64,000 nucleotides of DNA from Paragordius varius (taxonomy: Eukaryota > Animalia > Nematomorpha). Positions 1 to 14,200 of the stretch are shown piece after piece. Each line of letters opens with the position of its first letter. The first letter of the stretch is position 1. The notes below the pieces were generated by a model. It was not told the origin of the DNA. It did no database searches and saw only the letters and a program-made list of their open reading frames with translations. The translations under genes were made by a program, and so were the position numbers. The stretch is from contig OZ176052.1 in assembly GCA_964247055.1 (NCBI GenBank), positions 11,594,001 to 11,658,000 of the forward strand. Reading direction: 5' to 3'.

Positions 1-1255
1 TTTGTCATTATCCACTAAATAATTTATAGATATTATGAACAATTATCAATATTTAAATTTGGTACATTCTTGGAACCGTATTATTTTATTTTTTAGTTTA
101 AAATCAGAATAATCCGATGCTATCTAATCATGTAGAAGTTTTAGATTTCGAGGGTGTTATAAAGAATGTGTTAAATTTACACTGAGAAAACAAGAATAAT
201 GGTAGATTTTTTATTTTATAGGTTAACGAACTTTGCAATTTGTCTTAGTACATAAAAAAATAAATATTATTCCTGTATTCACTTAAGCCTGAAAATGTTA
301 GTCTTTTCAAACCAATCTTATATTTGTTTTGTATTATCATTCCTGTTATAACTCATTTGTTTCAAAATAATAAATCGGTTATAATGTTTCATTCATTTTG
401 GGTTTATACTTCGAAGAAATTTTGGTCATACAAATTGATCGAATTCAAGTTTCACCAGTAAATAAAAACAATCTGGTCTTAATTCATTGATTGATATATT
501 AATTCATTAACTACCAGGCCCAAGAACTTGGCCTGTTCTGGTTGCTTTTATGTCCCATACTTTCTCCATATTTACTTTTATCTGACGATAGAAAATTATT
601 ATCTAAAATCAATTCAACAAGAAGTTTTATAGGCAAAGAAAATATAAACCACCATAACCTAAAGAAATTTTAAAAAAATGGCACTATTATACCGTAACAC
701 ATTCCAACTTAATATTTTCCATGTTAAACCGAATTTTTATTATTGCGCAAAAAAGGACATATAATTTTAATTGGCCCAGTATAAATATTTTTATAAATTA
801 ATAACAAATAATAGTTGATAGTTTGTGAAAGCATGTTAATATTGGAAGGAGATATTATTGCAATGCTTTAAGATTTAAAATATATTTAAAATATGTATTG
901 TCTTCGAAAATGTATTTGCCAACTTTTCAAAATTTACCGTATCGTTAGATAATTTAGTTGGACTACATCCAATAATAAATATTTTTGGAAAAAATTGAAG
1001 GATACAATTCTTGTTTTAGATGATGTTAAAATAGTTCGGACTAATGTAAACCTTTGTTAAATATCAAAAATCTGTGTCTTTACCAGTTCAAGGGAGTCAC
1101 AAATTTTTGTTAATATGTTTTGTTGGTGATGATACCGTTGAACTTGGTATATTTTGCGATAGTTTTACCATATTTATGTGTATTTTATTGCAGTAGCAGA
1201 ACCCATTTAATATACAAAATAAGTTGATCCACTTATTTAAAACAATATCTACATG

Positions 1256-1760
1256 TCATTCGATACGCATAAAACTGTTATTGATCCCAACAAAGTTCTT
1301 CCCGGAGAACATGAGTGATTGTTTACTCTGATAATAAGCTTTTGGTGAGGGTTCATTGCATATTTTGCCAGAAGTTCTGAAGAATGATTGACGTCCCTCT
1401 GCCCTAAGGAGCGTAAAAGCGTAGGAAGACGGTACGGGTCGTCCTGTGCGGACAGTGGCGGTAAGGAGCAAGCCTGTCACACACTTTTCTGTATACCTGG
1501 ATTAACTTGATCAAACTATAATGATAGTTGTATTCTAGCAGAAGGCTAAACGATTGTTAAGAGATATGTTACATGAACAGAACAATGTGGGAAGACAGGA
1601 GCCAAACCCCGGCAAGTGGGCAACAAATTTGAACCTTTCCCACAAGCCACAAAATTATTATAATCAAAATTGACAAAATTAAATCTGACGCTGATATTGA
1701 TTGATAATGCTGTTATATAAATTTTTTATTACTAAATATTTGTAAATTTTCGGAAAATTA
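1256..1760 (-). CDS. Possible exon(s) of an unidentified minus-strand gene, head-to-head with AGL
   Basis: GC-enriched patch in an AT-rich background. An open frame follows a TGACAG acceptor at ~1475 (ACSLPPLSAQDDPYRLPTLLRSLGQRDVNHSSELLAKYAMNPHQKLIIR), and there are open frames across ~1570-1710, one hydrophobic (SISASDLILSILIIIILWLVGK). No family recognised; exon chain not resolved. Confidence 0.25.
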
Positions 1761-2202
1761 TCTAGATGTCCATTAACTCTTTTCCCATTTGAAATATTGT
1801 AAAATAAATTTTTATTTTCTATAATAATATTTTAATATATCATTTAGTTACATTTGAATACATTTAGTTTGGCAAAGCCGCTTTTACAGATTAGTTTCTG
1901 TAATCAACTGTAATATAACATTTTTTCAAAATATACTTTAAATCTATATTTTGGTGTATATATTAAGCCTTTTAATTTGTTACCGATTTTATTCTTAAAA
2001 TAAAATAATTACTGGATTGATTCTTCGTTACAGCGAAGCGTAACAGAGCCGTCTATTTTTTATATAATTTGCTACTCCTACAGATGTAACTCATGTGTAA
2101 TATACGCGGCTCGTTTTATCAGTTGACAAAAATATTTGACCTTAGCTTACCACTAAAATATATGAACAAATCATAACATGTGCACATAAATAAACTATTG
2201 CA

Positions 2203-5200
2203 ATGAATACATCTCCATTATATAATAATCCAATGGCGCAACGGATTATTCATATCCATCAACTGAATTTTAGAGAAAACCTGGAAACAAAACTCTATCG
2301 TCTGGAAAAAGGTTTATATCTTGGAATCTTATATTATAGGATCGATTGTACATTTTCGTATGGGCCCATCATTGTTTGGAAAGCATATTCACTTGTATTG
2401 CAATCACCCACCCCTTAAATCAGAAGAAGAACTCACCGCTCAAAATGCAACAAATCAAAGCGAACGGAGTTTAGATGATCCCTTTTCAGAAAATTTTAAG
2501 CCATTTGAACGATCAAAATTTTATGAATTGGAATGGCATAAAGGATCTCGATATGATTGCGATGATACTGATTTGTACGCTGAATTAGAATTGGGAAGAA
2601 GTGGAACTTTTAGGTTTTTATTTTGTTTAATTATTCAATTAAGTTTAAATATATTTTAAAATATCATTTACCAAACATTATATGTTATAGATATTATTTT
2701 GTGGTATGCGATGCTGAACATAAAAAGCTGCACCCTCTCCTAAAGGACCGAGATTCTAATGAGTAACTTTAAATAACATTATATGTTTTAAATTATAATA
2801 TAAAAATTTCTAATTGATTTTATAAACAGTAAATAATAAAAAAGTTTATGAAAGATTTTGATTCCATGATTTGTTTTGCACAATTATTTAGTTTTATTTT
2901 ATATACTTCATCAATTTATAATCGAATAATTTATTTATTTTATATATAGACCCATACTATGTTGTACACGCGTTAAATGGATGGAACAGAGACGGGCCCA
3001 ATTATTGATGGCAGAATCAAATGATACACCCAAAAATGAAGAGAATACTAAAACACCAAACGCAGATAACTCTGGAGCATCGAAATCCAATTCAATTCAA
3101 CCGGATAGAAAGCATTCCTTGTTAGATTATGTGTCTGATCTTAAGGGTCTACCTCTTATCTATAGGTAGGACTTGGTCCATAACAATCTTTTTATTAGGA
3201 TATGGCTTCAAATATAATTATTTCAAAGATAAAACTGTATATATTTATTCAATAATTGTTAAATGCGATAAATATACAATTCAGAGTTTTTTAATTAAAA
3301 GTTTTAAGGCAAATTTAAAAAATGTCATATTTCATCTATTCAAACTGCACAAACCAATATCCATATTTATGTTATGCTCAAATTAAAACGCATTATAAAT
3401 TCATGTGTTCTATGTAACAGATTCCCCATGAGCGACCTACACGGCATCAGTGTCGAAGATTTTGAGGGCGATGGCTGTGGTTATTTTTTGGTTCCTCCAA
3501 CCCTGTTGGTTGGGCCTGAAAATGACCCGATGGAAGTTCTGCTAAATTCTTTGCGGTGTCAAACATTGTTGGCTAAATCTCTGGGCCGGTTTGATCAGTG
3601 GAAGGCTCGTGTGGCCGTTTCCTATCAATCCGGTTTTAATGCAATTCACTTGACCCCGGTTCAGGAACTGGGAATCTCCAACTCAGCCTACTGTATCAAA
3701 GATCATTTTAAACTCAATCCCGGATTCTACCTCCCTATCAATGCGTCGGCCAATCAAACGAGTATTACATTGTGTTATTAAGTTTGAATTCGTTTTTTTC
3801 TAGTTTGTATGTAAGTAATATGTGTTTTTCCAACATTTGATTTACACATCTTTTATTAAGCAAAGAAGATATTATTTGTTGAAAGAGTCCATAAATTAGT
3901 TTGTGGGCCAAAAAAAATAAAATATAAACCATTTTTTCATTTCTTTTTTAGTATACCTATTTAAACTTATGGTGTTGTTAATGTTTTTCAATACATCCTT
4001 ATTTAACAGTAAGAAGTCCTATTCTTGCTTAAATTGTATCGATATAAATGGAAACTCGTTTGTGTGTATATAAGTATTTTTTTGCTTTTGTTTTTTTTCT
4101 CCATTTCACAACTGATGGAAATGATTTATTTAATATGAGGCTGTTTCTACTGGATGTTATAGATTTATCGATAAGTAAAATGGCCTCCCCCAACGACAGT
4201 GAAATAAATTTGGTCAAACTCGGAGGGAATGGAAATGGAAAAGAGAATTTAAATTCTATGATACCATCCGAAGAAATGGACGCCGAAAATGATGATTTGA
4301 ATGCCGAACAATCTCCTGAAACCAAACGAGGTTTTGATTTGTAAATAATATGTATTTAATTTTATTTGAAATACAAACAATTTTATTTAATGATATCTGT
4401 TTTAGCATCCAGTGTTTTATAAAATTTTCTATATTATGTAGTGTTTGAGTAAAAAGGCTAATTGATGCCTTTAGTTGAATAAAATCCTTATATTTTAATC
4501 AAAAATAAGTGTGAAAGATAAATTGCTGAATGTTATCTCTTTTTTAATATCTTAATTTATATTAAAAAGTTTTCTATATAAATGGAAAATATGTTGACTA
4601 TAAATTATTACTCTTAATTAAAAAATGATGCATAAAATAAAAAAAATGCTCTTTTTGAAAATAAAAGATTTTTGGTAAATAATAATATCAATCTCTAAAA
4701 AATTAAATCTAACACATTGTAGTTTTATCACACATTTTTATATAATTTTTATAATTGATCTGATGATATTAGGTCGTTCGACAAGCCTTGCTCGCAGTAA
4801 TCGCCGTGTGGCCACCATGGAAGAGTTGGGGAAAATGATTGATTTCTTTAAAAGTCAATGGGGAATGCTTTCCATGCAAGATTTGGTGCTTAATCATGCT
4901 GCCACCAATTGTCAATGGATTTGGGAGCATCCAGAATGCGGGTATAATTTTTTAACTTTTTTTTGTCCTTAATTGATATACCATTTTTCAGTCGAAAGTA
5001 ACAACTTTTTAACTAACGCAATATTTACCATCCAAACGGAGGTAAAAATGTTGCATTTAATTGAAAAAGTTAGGATTTTGGATGAAAATGGTATAGCGAT
5101 TCGCAGTTTGCAGTTTATAATAAGGTATGAAAACTCAAATTTTTAAAAAAAATTGCTGGGTATTAAATTATACTTTTAGCTCCGCTAATTAAATACGCTA

Positions 5201-8200
5201 TTTGTCTTGCCTAATTTCTAATTATAAGGGTATAGTTTTTGGGTTTTTTATAGAATTTTTGTGAAAATAATTTGTTGTTTATAGTTTAATAATAAATTTT
5301 ATAAATTTAAATTTATCAATTTTTTTGCTGGGTGTTAAGTTATAAATTTAGCCTGTTAATACCCCATTTATATATTTTTCTCTCTCTAATCATAATCAAT
5401 TTTTTATATATGAAGTAAATAAAACTCTATCATTTATATTCTTCCGTTTATCAATATATATGTGAGTCAAGTTAAGCTTACCAGACTATACATACTTCCT
5501 TATTGTCGAAATTTACGACTCAAATTGACTTTCACAGATTTTTTTTGTTATCACATCTGCTTAAAATCAATGATATCACTAGTTTTAATCATAGATAATC
5601 TCTTTTTTGTAAATATATTTCTTAGTTAGCAAAAATGGATATGAAACTAATTTTGTTTTTTTTCCAAACACAATAAATGAATATGTTTTTTACCTGTTTA
5701 TAAAATTAAACCAATGTTAATCTAGATTAGTAGATAATTTTCCCACCAATGAAAGTATATAATAATTAAATATTTTTATATTTTTTTTTAATTTAATCAC
5801 AAGGTATAACATGGTAAACAGTCCACACCTTAAACCGGCATACTTGTTGGATCGTTCACTTTGGCATTTCACATTGCAAGTGGGTAAAGGCGAATGGGTT
5901 CATCGAAATGTCCCACCACAAATCAGGGATGAATTCAATCTTAATGTAACCATTTTTTTGATCTAAATTTGTAATATATACTTTCTCTGGAACAAATTAT
6001 AAATATTACAGAAAATTTTAATTTTAGAGCCGAAATCGGATGGTAAAAGTTTAGGTTTTTTAAATATGAGCCCCTACTTTAGTATTAAAAGTTTGGATAA
6101 ATCTTTGATTTTTTCATTTTTTCTAAGCCTATCTTTTTATTGTTAATATACGGTTAAGGGAACTTCAGCCTCATATTTTACAACCCGATACTTAGCAACC
6201 TTAAAAATGTAAAAATTAAATAATGGTTGAATATATTAATAAATACTCCTTTTTATAAATTTTAAATTAGGCTTTTATACATATATTACTCCTTATTCTC
6301 AAATTTTACTGATTTATAACATCTTTTTATTCCTTTACGCACCACAAGAGATTATGATTAATTTAAAAACATTTATTTAACATGTATCAAGGTTATTCAC
6401 AAAACCCTCATGAATAATTCATTCTTACATTCTATACTAGATTATTTCATTAAAATTGTAAACATATATAGGCGATAAGGGCAATATTGTTGGATACAGT
6501 TTTTCCACAACTCAAAATATACGAATTCTATTTGGTGGATGTGGATAAAGTCATTGATGAATTTAGGCAACGCATACGAAGTAATTTTTCTTTTTTTATA
6601 TAACGCGTTTTGAATTAAAAATTAAGTTCAAATTCAAATGTTTATATGTCAGTTTAATGAAATGTTTTAAATTATTAAACCCAAATTGATTTCGATGCCA
6701 AAAAAGTATTTTTTGTTTATTATTATAAATTTTTGAAGCAAAATAGAAGAAATATTAATGTTCTGCTAAAATTCCCCATTGAGCTCTAACTGTCAGCTCC
6801 TTATTTTGCGATAAACTATGCAAGAGAAATTGCAGTAAAGTTCGACGATTTTTTATTTTGTAAGCTAAAATAAGTCTTTGAATCCTTATAATTCTATTTT
6901 TATATGAGGGTTTAAATTTGAGTAGCGATCAACTTTATATTTTTAAAGCAGCCTTTATCAAACAACCCCAGTGTACTGGCTATAGAGAATTTAAACATTT
7001 AGTAGAACCTTATAGAATTGTAGCGATATATTTAAAAACTTCTACCACTTTACATATTTTACTCCTTATCCAAAACTTTATTGTAACTAAAATTTTTTAC
7101 ATTTTTTTGCCTAAAACACAGAAATGGGAGGTTCGAATTCCGACAAACTTAGTAGAATACGGCCTTCATTAACCATGATTGTCCCAAATGAAAGTCTTAA
7201 ACTCGTGCCTGACGCTCATTACTTGCGTATGAAATCTAGCATAGATTTCAATCTGGCCTTAGCGCTTTACAATAAACCCCATAACAAGGATATGCCTGAA
7301 CAAGATCGCATTGAAATTTGCTGTAATGAACTCCGATCCGTACTTCATGGACTTAATCATGCGGTAAATTTTTTATGTGTTTTATAATTTATTTATTGTT
7401 AAGAATATATAATGATAGTTAAAAATATGTTGCCTGAGGGTATTAATAAAACTTTATAATGTAAATAGGTTAGTCATTTTCTAAATTTTTGCTAAATCAT
7501 TTAGCCTTAATAAATAACGTTAATCCTTTTTTCCGATTCTTTAAACATTAACTTCAAATATGAATAACTAGTAATCTTTCAATTTGTACTATTTAATCAT
7601 TAGAATATATTTTTCAAAGATTTGCCCTGAAATAAAAATAACAAGATATCCCTTTTTTTAAATTCTTTATACATTAACTCTAAAGTTATTAACTATATAT
7701 TTTAATTGCATGCACACATACTTATTTTCCTTTTTTAGCGTTTAAAATTGAAACAAATATTTTGTATGATTGACTATTATCATTTATATTTAGAAATGGG
7801 AAGAATGTGAATCCCATTTGCGAAACGCCGCAGAGGCCGTAGTTAACACTTGTCGTTATTACTTTATCGATCACAGTGGACCGAGATGGCCCACCGTTTC
7901 CATTGATACACCCATTGTTTATAAGTAAGGAAAATTTTTATTTGAGGATTTTAACTAATAGCGTTTTTGTTTTTACTTCTAGTCCTTTTTGTTTTTGGTT
8001 TTTAACAAAATGTTTGTCAGACAAATTAGTCCTGCATCTAAAGTTATGTTGAAAAATACTTTTAGTATTGGTTCTAATAATTTCTGGCGGTCTTATATTT
8101 TCCGAAAAAAAAAATCCGTTTAAATTATTTTCTTAAAAAATTTGGTTTCATTACGATTAGGGGTAATTTTTGATTTCGGCTCTTCCATTGTTTTTTAGTT

Positions 8201-11200
8201 CGATTGCATTTTTTAAGTTTACAATAAGTCTATTATTTGATACGTTGCGAATAATAGCTAAAAAGAATATATAGTTACGAAGAGAAAAAAATGTTTCCTA
8301 ATACTTTTATGATATCTAAATATATTTACTAATAAACAAAAACATCAAACAGATAAGATTAACATTATATAAAAGTAAATTCTTTGAAAAAAATTAAATT
8401 TTTCTCATTTTCCCTTTCAATTATCTTATGTAAACTCATTAATATGGTTTTATCATCGTATAATTTTAGATATTTTACGCATCCGTTTGATGATATGCCT
8501 TTGGACCGAGAAGAGGCGACGATAGTGAATGACCCTCAAAAAGGTCAATACATTATGGCTCACAATGGTTGGGTCATGAACGATGACCCTCTTAAAAATT
8601 TTGCTGGTCCTGATTCAAACGTTTTCTTGAGACGTGAGGTATGAAAAATATTTTTATTTAATTTAAGCTTACAAAATATATAGGCTTGTGGAGCGTGATG
8701 TATATATATTTATTATTATTATCATTGATTGCAAATCTTATTATATTTTATGGAGTGAGGTATGTTAATATATCTTTATTATATATTATAAGCATTTTAT
8801 CGGATAACATTTTAAAGTTATAATTATGACTAACTTTAATTAATATGGTTTACATTTTACAGATTCTTTGTGGATTGAAATGCATAAATATGAATATTTT
8901 TTGTTAAGCGCATTTTATTCTATAAAGTATAAAGATTACTTTAAAATCTTTATTATGTCGTAAACGTTTTAATATTAGCCAAATTTCGTTTTCTGATTTT
9001 TTATGAAGCGAAATGTCTTTTTTCGTTTCAATTTATAAGTATAAGCAACCGGCTATAATTTTGTTTTAAAGTTTTAATTATATGTAAACATTTTTTAAAG
9101 GATTAAAACGCGAGAATTTTTTATTATTTTGTGTTATACGCATTTTGCCATAAATATATTTAAGCCTTAATTATGCGGAAACTATCTTTATATTTTGATT
9201 TTAGCTATAGTTTATGCCTTTTTTTTACTAAATTCATCTCCTCATTTTACTATACAAATATACATTAGCCTAGATATCCTTTGAATTTTAGCTTAATTTT
9301 ATGATTTTTTCGTTAGTTTATTTTTACATACACCTTTTAGCTCATTGTGTGGGGCGACAATGTTAAATTACGGTACGGAGAGGTGTATGAAGATAATCCC
9401 TTTTTGTGGGACACGATGCGAAAGTATTCGGAATGTGTTGCTCGAATATTTCATGGCATACGTATTGATAATTGTCACAGTACACCCTTACCTGTTGGAG
9501 AGGTTTTTTATATAACTCTTTTTTTTTGTTTAAATAAATAATTTCATTCCTGTTAAAAAAATTTTTAAATAATGCTCAAAAAAATCGGATATGTGCAGAT
9601 TATTATGCTTTTTTCCAAATACGGAATAAAGTTCTAGTTATTGAGATAGCTAAAATTCTGTGTGATTTTCCACAAACTAACTCTTTTTTATAAAAAAAAA
9701 GTCATCATATTAAAAACTATCGAGAATAAAATTTGATCATTTAACAAAAGGCCATTGCGGATACCTTGTATTTTTTAACGATTGGGCTTATGATAAACGG
9801 AGTTTACCGTCAATTATATATCTTAGCTTTAGATAGCTGTGTAGAACATTAAAGTTATTTCAAAAAAAATTATTTAAAAATTTTATTTTTAAAGTTATTA
9901 TATTAGTATTGAATTAATTTACATACATGTAAAATTATAGTATTTGATTGACGCTGCACGCAAAGTACGGCCTAATCTTTTGGTAATGGCCGAATTATTT
10001 ACGCAATCCGAAGGGACTGACAATATTTTTGTTAATCGATTCGGAATAACCACCCTAATACGAGGTACAATTATTTTCTTTTTCGAAAGCAAATAAATCT
10101 TTAATTAAGGTTGAATGAATGGTTTTTAATAGCAAGGAACTTTGTTCAATTCATTTTTATTAACCATAACAATACATAAGAAATGATTGGTGACCTCTTT
10201 AAAATATATGTATATACATTACTTTTGAAATTCGCAAAAAATTAAATCAAATCAATATGCAATTAATCGAATATATTAGTTTATTTATTACTTTAAGCAC
10301 CAGTTAATATTTAGATTTATAAAACCTATCATTTATAATGTGTATCCTTTTCATGAGTATACTTTTTGTATCCAATTCTTAAACATTCCCTATTCCGAAA
10401 ATAATATATCTTTTAATTAATTATACATTCATTACTCAAGAAATCTGTATTTAAAAGCTTAAAAATAAAAATCAAACAATCTGGTCATATATTTTAATAA
10501 GTCATGACATACATTATTTAAAAAATTATTTTTTTTAAAAGCTTAAAAAATATTCATTTTTTTCTTTTTCTACAGAGGCAATGGCTTCCTGGAATGCCAA
10601 AGAACTGGGTCGTTTAGTACATCGGTATGGTGGGAACCCGGTGGGGTCTTTTTTGCCCCCTCCTACGCGTAAACTGGTGCCTCAATTAGCTCATGCTATT
10701 TTCATGGATCAAACACATGACAACCCTTCTCTGATTGAAGTATAAATCAATTTAAAAAATATTTTATATTTGAAATATGCGGAAAAATCTTAATTATCAA
10801 CATAATAACTTATTTTTATCCCACTGATTTACATTTTCGAAGGAATTCGTTTAATTAACTTTTTGATTTTTAGGCCAGATCGGTGTTTGATGTCCTCCCC
10901 ACCAGTGCTATAGTATGTATGTCTTGTTGCGCCATCGGTAGTACAAGAGGTGTAGATGAACTTTATCCCAATAAGGTATAACCTTTTGTCCACTCTTTTA
11001 AAATTTAATTACATTCCAAAAAAAATATTAAGCATAAAACTTAGAAAAAAATCCAATTTTCTTTGCAAAAAGACGCTCCAAATAAACATTATTCATTTAT
11101 ATAAAGTCAACATTATCTTACTTACTATTTATATAAAATCTATGTTAAATATGTGTGGTTGATGGTGTAATTGGAATATATATACCCAACTTTATATTCT

Positions 11201-14200
11201 ACAACTTAGATTTTAAAGAATGATTAAATAAAAAAATTTTCTAAAAATTTTTAGATTTTATAATTGATTATCTTTTACTTTAATATTAACCATTCCTTAT
11301 AAACGAGTCGAAACCTAAATTTATTTTAAGCCTTATATTTCCAGATTTTTATGTAATTTCATAAATATTAAATGTATTATTTACGTTATTCTTTTTATAT
11401 TTGTTTAAAGATTGACATAGTTAATGACAATCGAAAGTACAAATTTTGGACGGATAAAGAAAATAAAATACCACACAAAGCTGTAAATTCCGAAACTGGT
11501 ATATTAGGACTTTATTGTTAAAAAAATCATACCTTTATAGAATGAATTATACAATTTATGTATTTTGTAAAATTTAATATAGGTATCATTGCGGCCAAAC
11601 GGGTCCTTAACCTACTTCATCAAGAATTAGCCTTGGAACATTATGATCAGGTTTAATTTCTTGATTGAATAATCTCTAAGAATGCCTAGTAATCTTTGTT
11701 AAGGATTAAGTTTGCCCATTAAAAATGCATAATTAGAATCGTGACTGTGCCATTTCCAAAAATAAGCACTTAATATTATGATAATGGTATTTTAATAAAA
11801 TTTTTGCAAAAATTTTAAGGATTATATTTGTGAAAGAAAATATAATCAATTAGTCAAACTCATTTTTGTTTCCATAAATATGTATATTATTTTTGATACT
11901 AATTAACTGTATATTATCCTGAATGACTCCATACATGAGTAGCGGTCATAGCTGTTTGGACTTTTTAACTGTGAGCAATTTACCTTTATACTCTAATATA
12001 CTCTCCAGATATTTGTGGATCAAATTGATGATGATGTTATCGCTATAACGAGACATTCACCCTTAACCCATAAATCGATTATACTTGTGGCTTACACCGT
12101 TTTCCATAACATAGGGATGAGCGTAGATAAACACGAAAAATACATTAAGCCTATGAATGTACCTGGTATCACTTTCGAATTAGATATTTCTAAAAACTTT
12201 GGATCACTAAATGTTTATATAAAATAAAAAAAGGTTAGAATTATATCATACAAAATCGATTGATTGTGAAATACTATTATTTTAAAGTAAACTCTAACCA
12301 TTTTTGTTTTTTTAGGTAATTATAAAATTAGTTACCTATATATGTAAAGTAATGCATGTGTTTTAACTTTTATTATTGCGTCATGACCGTGAACCTAATA
12401 GTATATAATAGATATAACATATTAAATGGAAATGTAGAAACTTAAGTTTAATGTAAAAGGAAAGGCAAAATTATATATATTATCAATATTGTAAAATTTA
12501 AATTTTAATTGGTTAACATTGATACAACACATTCATTATAGTCCTTCGATTCAAATTGGGGTAGTTAAATACCCCAGGCCTGTTTAAAATTTAATTCTTT
12601 AAAAAATTAAAAAGGAATCAAAACCATGGCAAAATTTTGCACTTATATAACAACGGAATTATATAAAAAAATTTATTCGAAAAATAATATACTTTTTCTA
12701 TTTCTATCAATGTTAGATGTAATTTAAATAAAAATTAGCTTTAATTCTACCCTTAAATTTAAGGAAGACGATATTTTGCATAAATTTTGTAAGATAAAAA
12801 TGGCGTCGAAGTAGTTCATGAAACTTTTTTTTCAAAACAAAATTTTATTATTTCGGCATATTTATATAATTTTTATTAGGATAGAAACATAAATTTAAAT
12901 TGGGGCCGTTTCCTTCAGTAGTTTTTAAAAAAATCCTACTCAAATTGAGTCAGGGGTATTTAGATACCCAAATTGAATCGAAATGTTAAATGGTTTAATT
13001 TTTGTATTTTTCGACACCTAAAGGTGTTATCGAAGAAATCATTTTGGAAGCAAGTTTGGAGTATAAACCTAGCAGTCCGCCACCGGGCGGATCTGGACCC
13101 CAATTTATACCGGATCCGAAATATTTTAATGGACTCTCCGATTACAAACTTAAAATGAGAACAAACATACACTTTTACGGTAGTGAAATGATTGAATATC
13201 ACGAAACCGGACAAAATAAAGCCACAGTTCAGGAGATTGATTTTGTACGATTTTATCCTGGCAGTGTTATCGCTTTTAGGTAATATGATTTTATACATAT
13301 TTGATTTTTTCTAAAATTAGAAAATACATTTTTTCGATGAAAGTTAGAATGAGTCTTATTTCGAGTGATTATAAAATGAAAAAAATGCGCTTGCTTATCG
13401 TTTTCTTATTTTTTGTATTTCATATAAAAACCCGCTTTTAATTTAAAATGAATTGATTTAGAATTATGGTTATGAAAAATTAACTTCTATACTTATAAGC
13501 AATATTATATATTCCAATAATACCTACAAAATATAGAGTAAATCTAAATCCAAATTCACGCTCTGCCATACTAAAAATCCGAAAATATTTGAGTGAATTT
13601 GGTTATAACCCTAGGAGTTATAGCGGTACAGAAATTGTGTTTGATCCGAAATCCTCGTCTTTCAGCAAACTTATTTTGGGTAGCTGTGTCATACCTAATA
13701 GGTCCGTAACTTTATATAGAATTATAATTAATTTATTTTTATTATGCACATATAACTTTTTTCTTCGCTTCCTTAATAATAAATTTTCAGACAAATAGAT
13801 CCAAAAGCATTGGAAGCCCTTACAGTCGATGTAACGAATGATTTAATGAATAAATCCGGATTTGATCCATACATGGTTGATAATCAAATTCAAAGGTAGA
13901 CCACACCATATTAATTCAAACCATGCCATTTTTATTCCCTATATTTCTTTTACAACTTTTTTCGATAAATAAATTGCATGATCTAATACACACAAAAGTT
14001 GTACCACAATATATAAATTTGAACCATTTTTTATACCCTTTCTATCTGATGATTATTAAATTTTATTTTTACATTTTTATTGTTTCCTTAGAACTTATAG
14101 TGGTTTAGAGATTGGCATGTTTTTAACGCAAGTCGTTAACCGTGTTCTCTACAAGTGCGAGGCTGAAGAACGCGCAGACACGGATGGTAAGTTTGGTCCT

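Noticed and set aside
1380-1500. GCCCTAAGGAG and GGAGCA resemble pieces of SRP RNA
   Set aside because: The conserved helix 6 and helix 8 pairings and tetraloops could not be formed, and no other ncRNA signature was recognised.
2027-2056. Small hairpin GTTACAGCGAAGCGTAAC upstream of AGL
   Set aside because: No CTRR end or second copy to support a Helitron or regulatory assignment.
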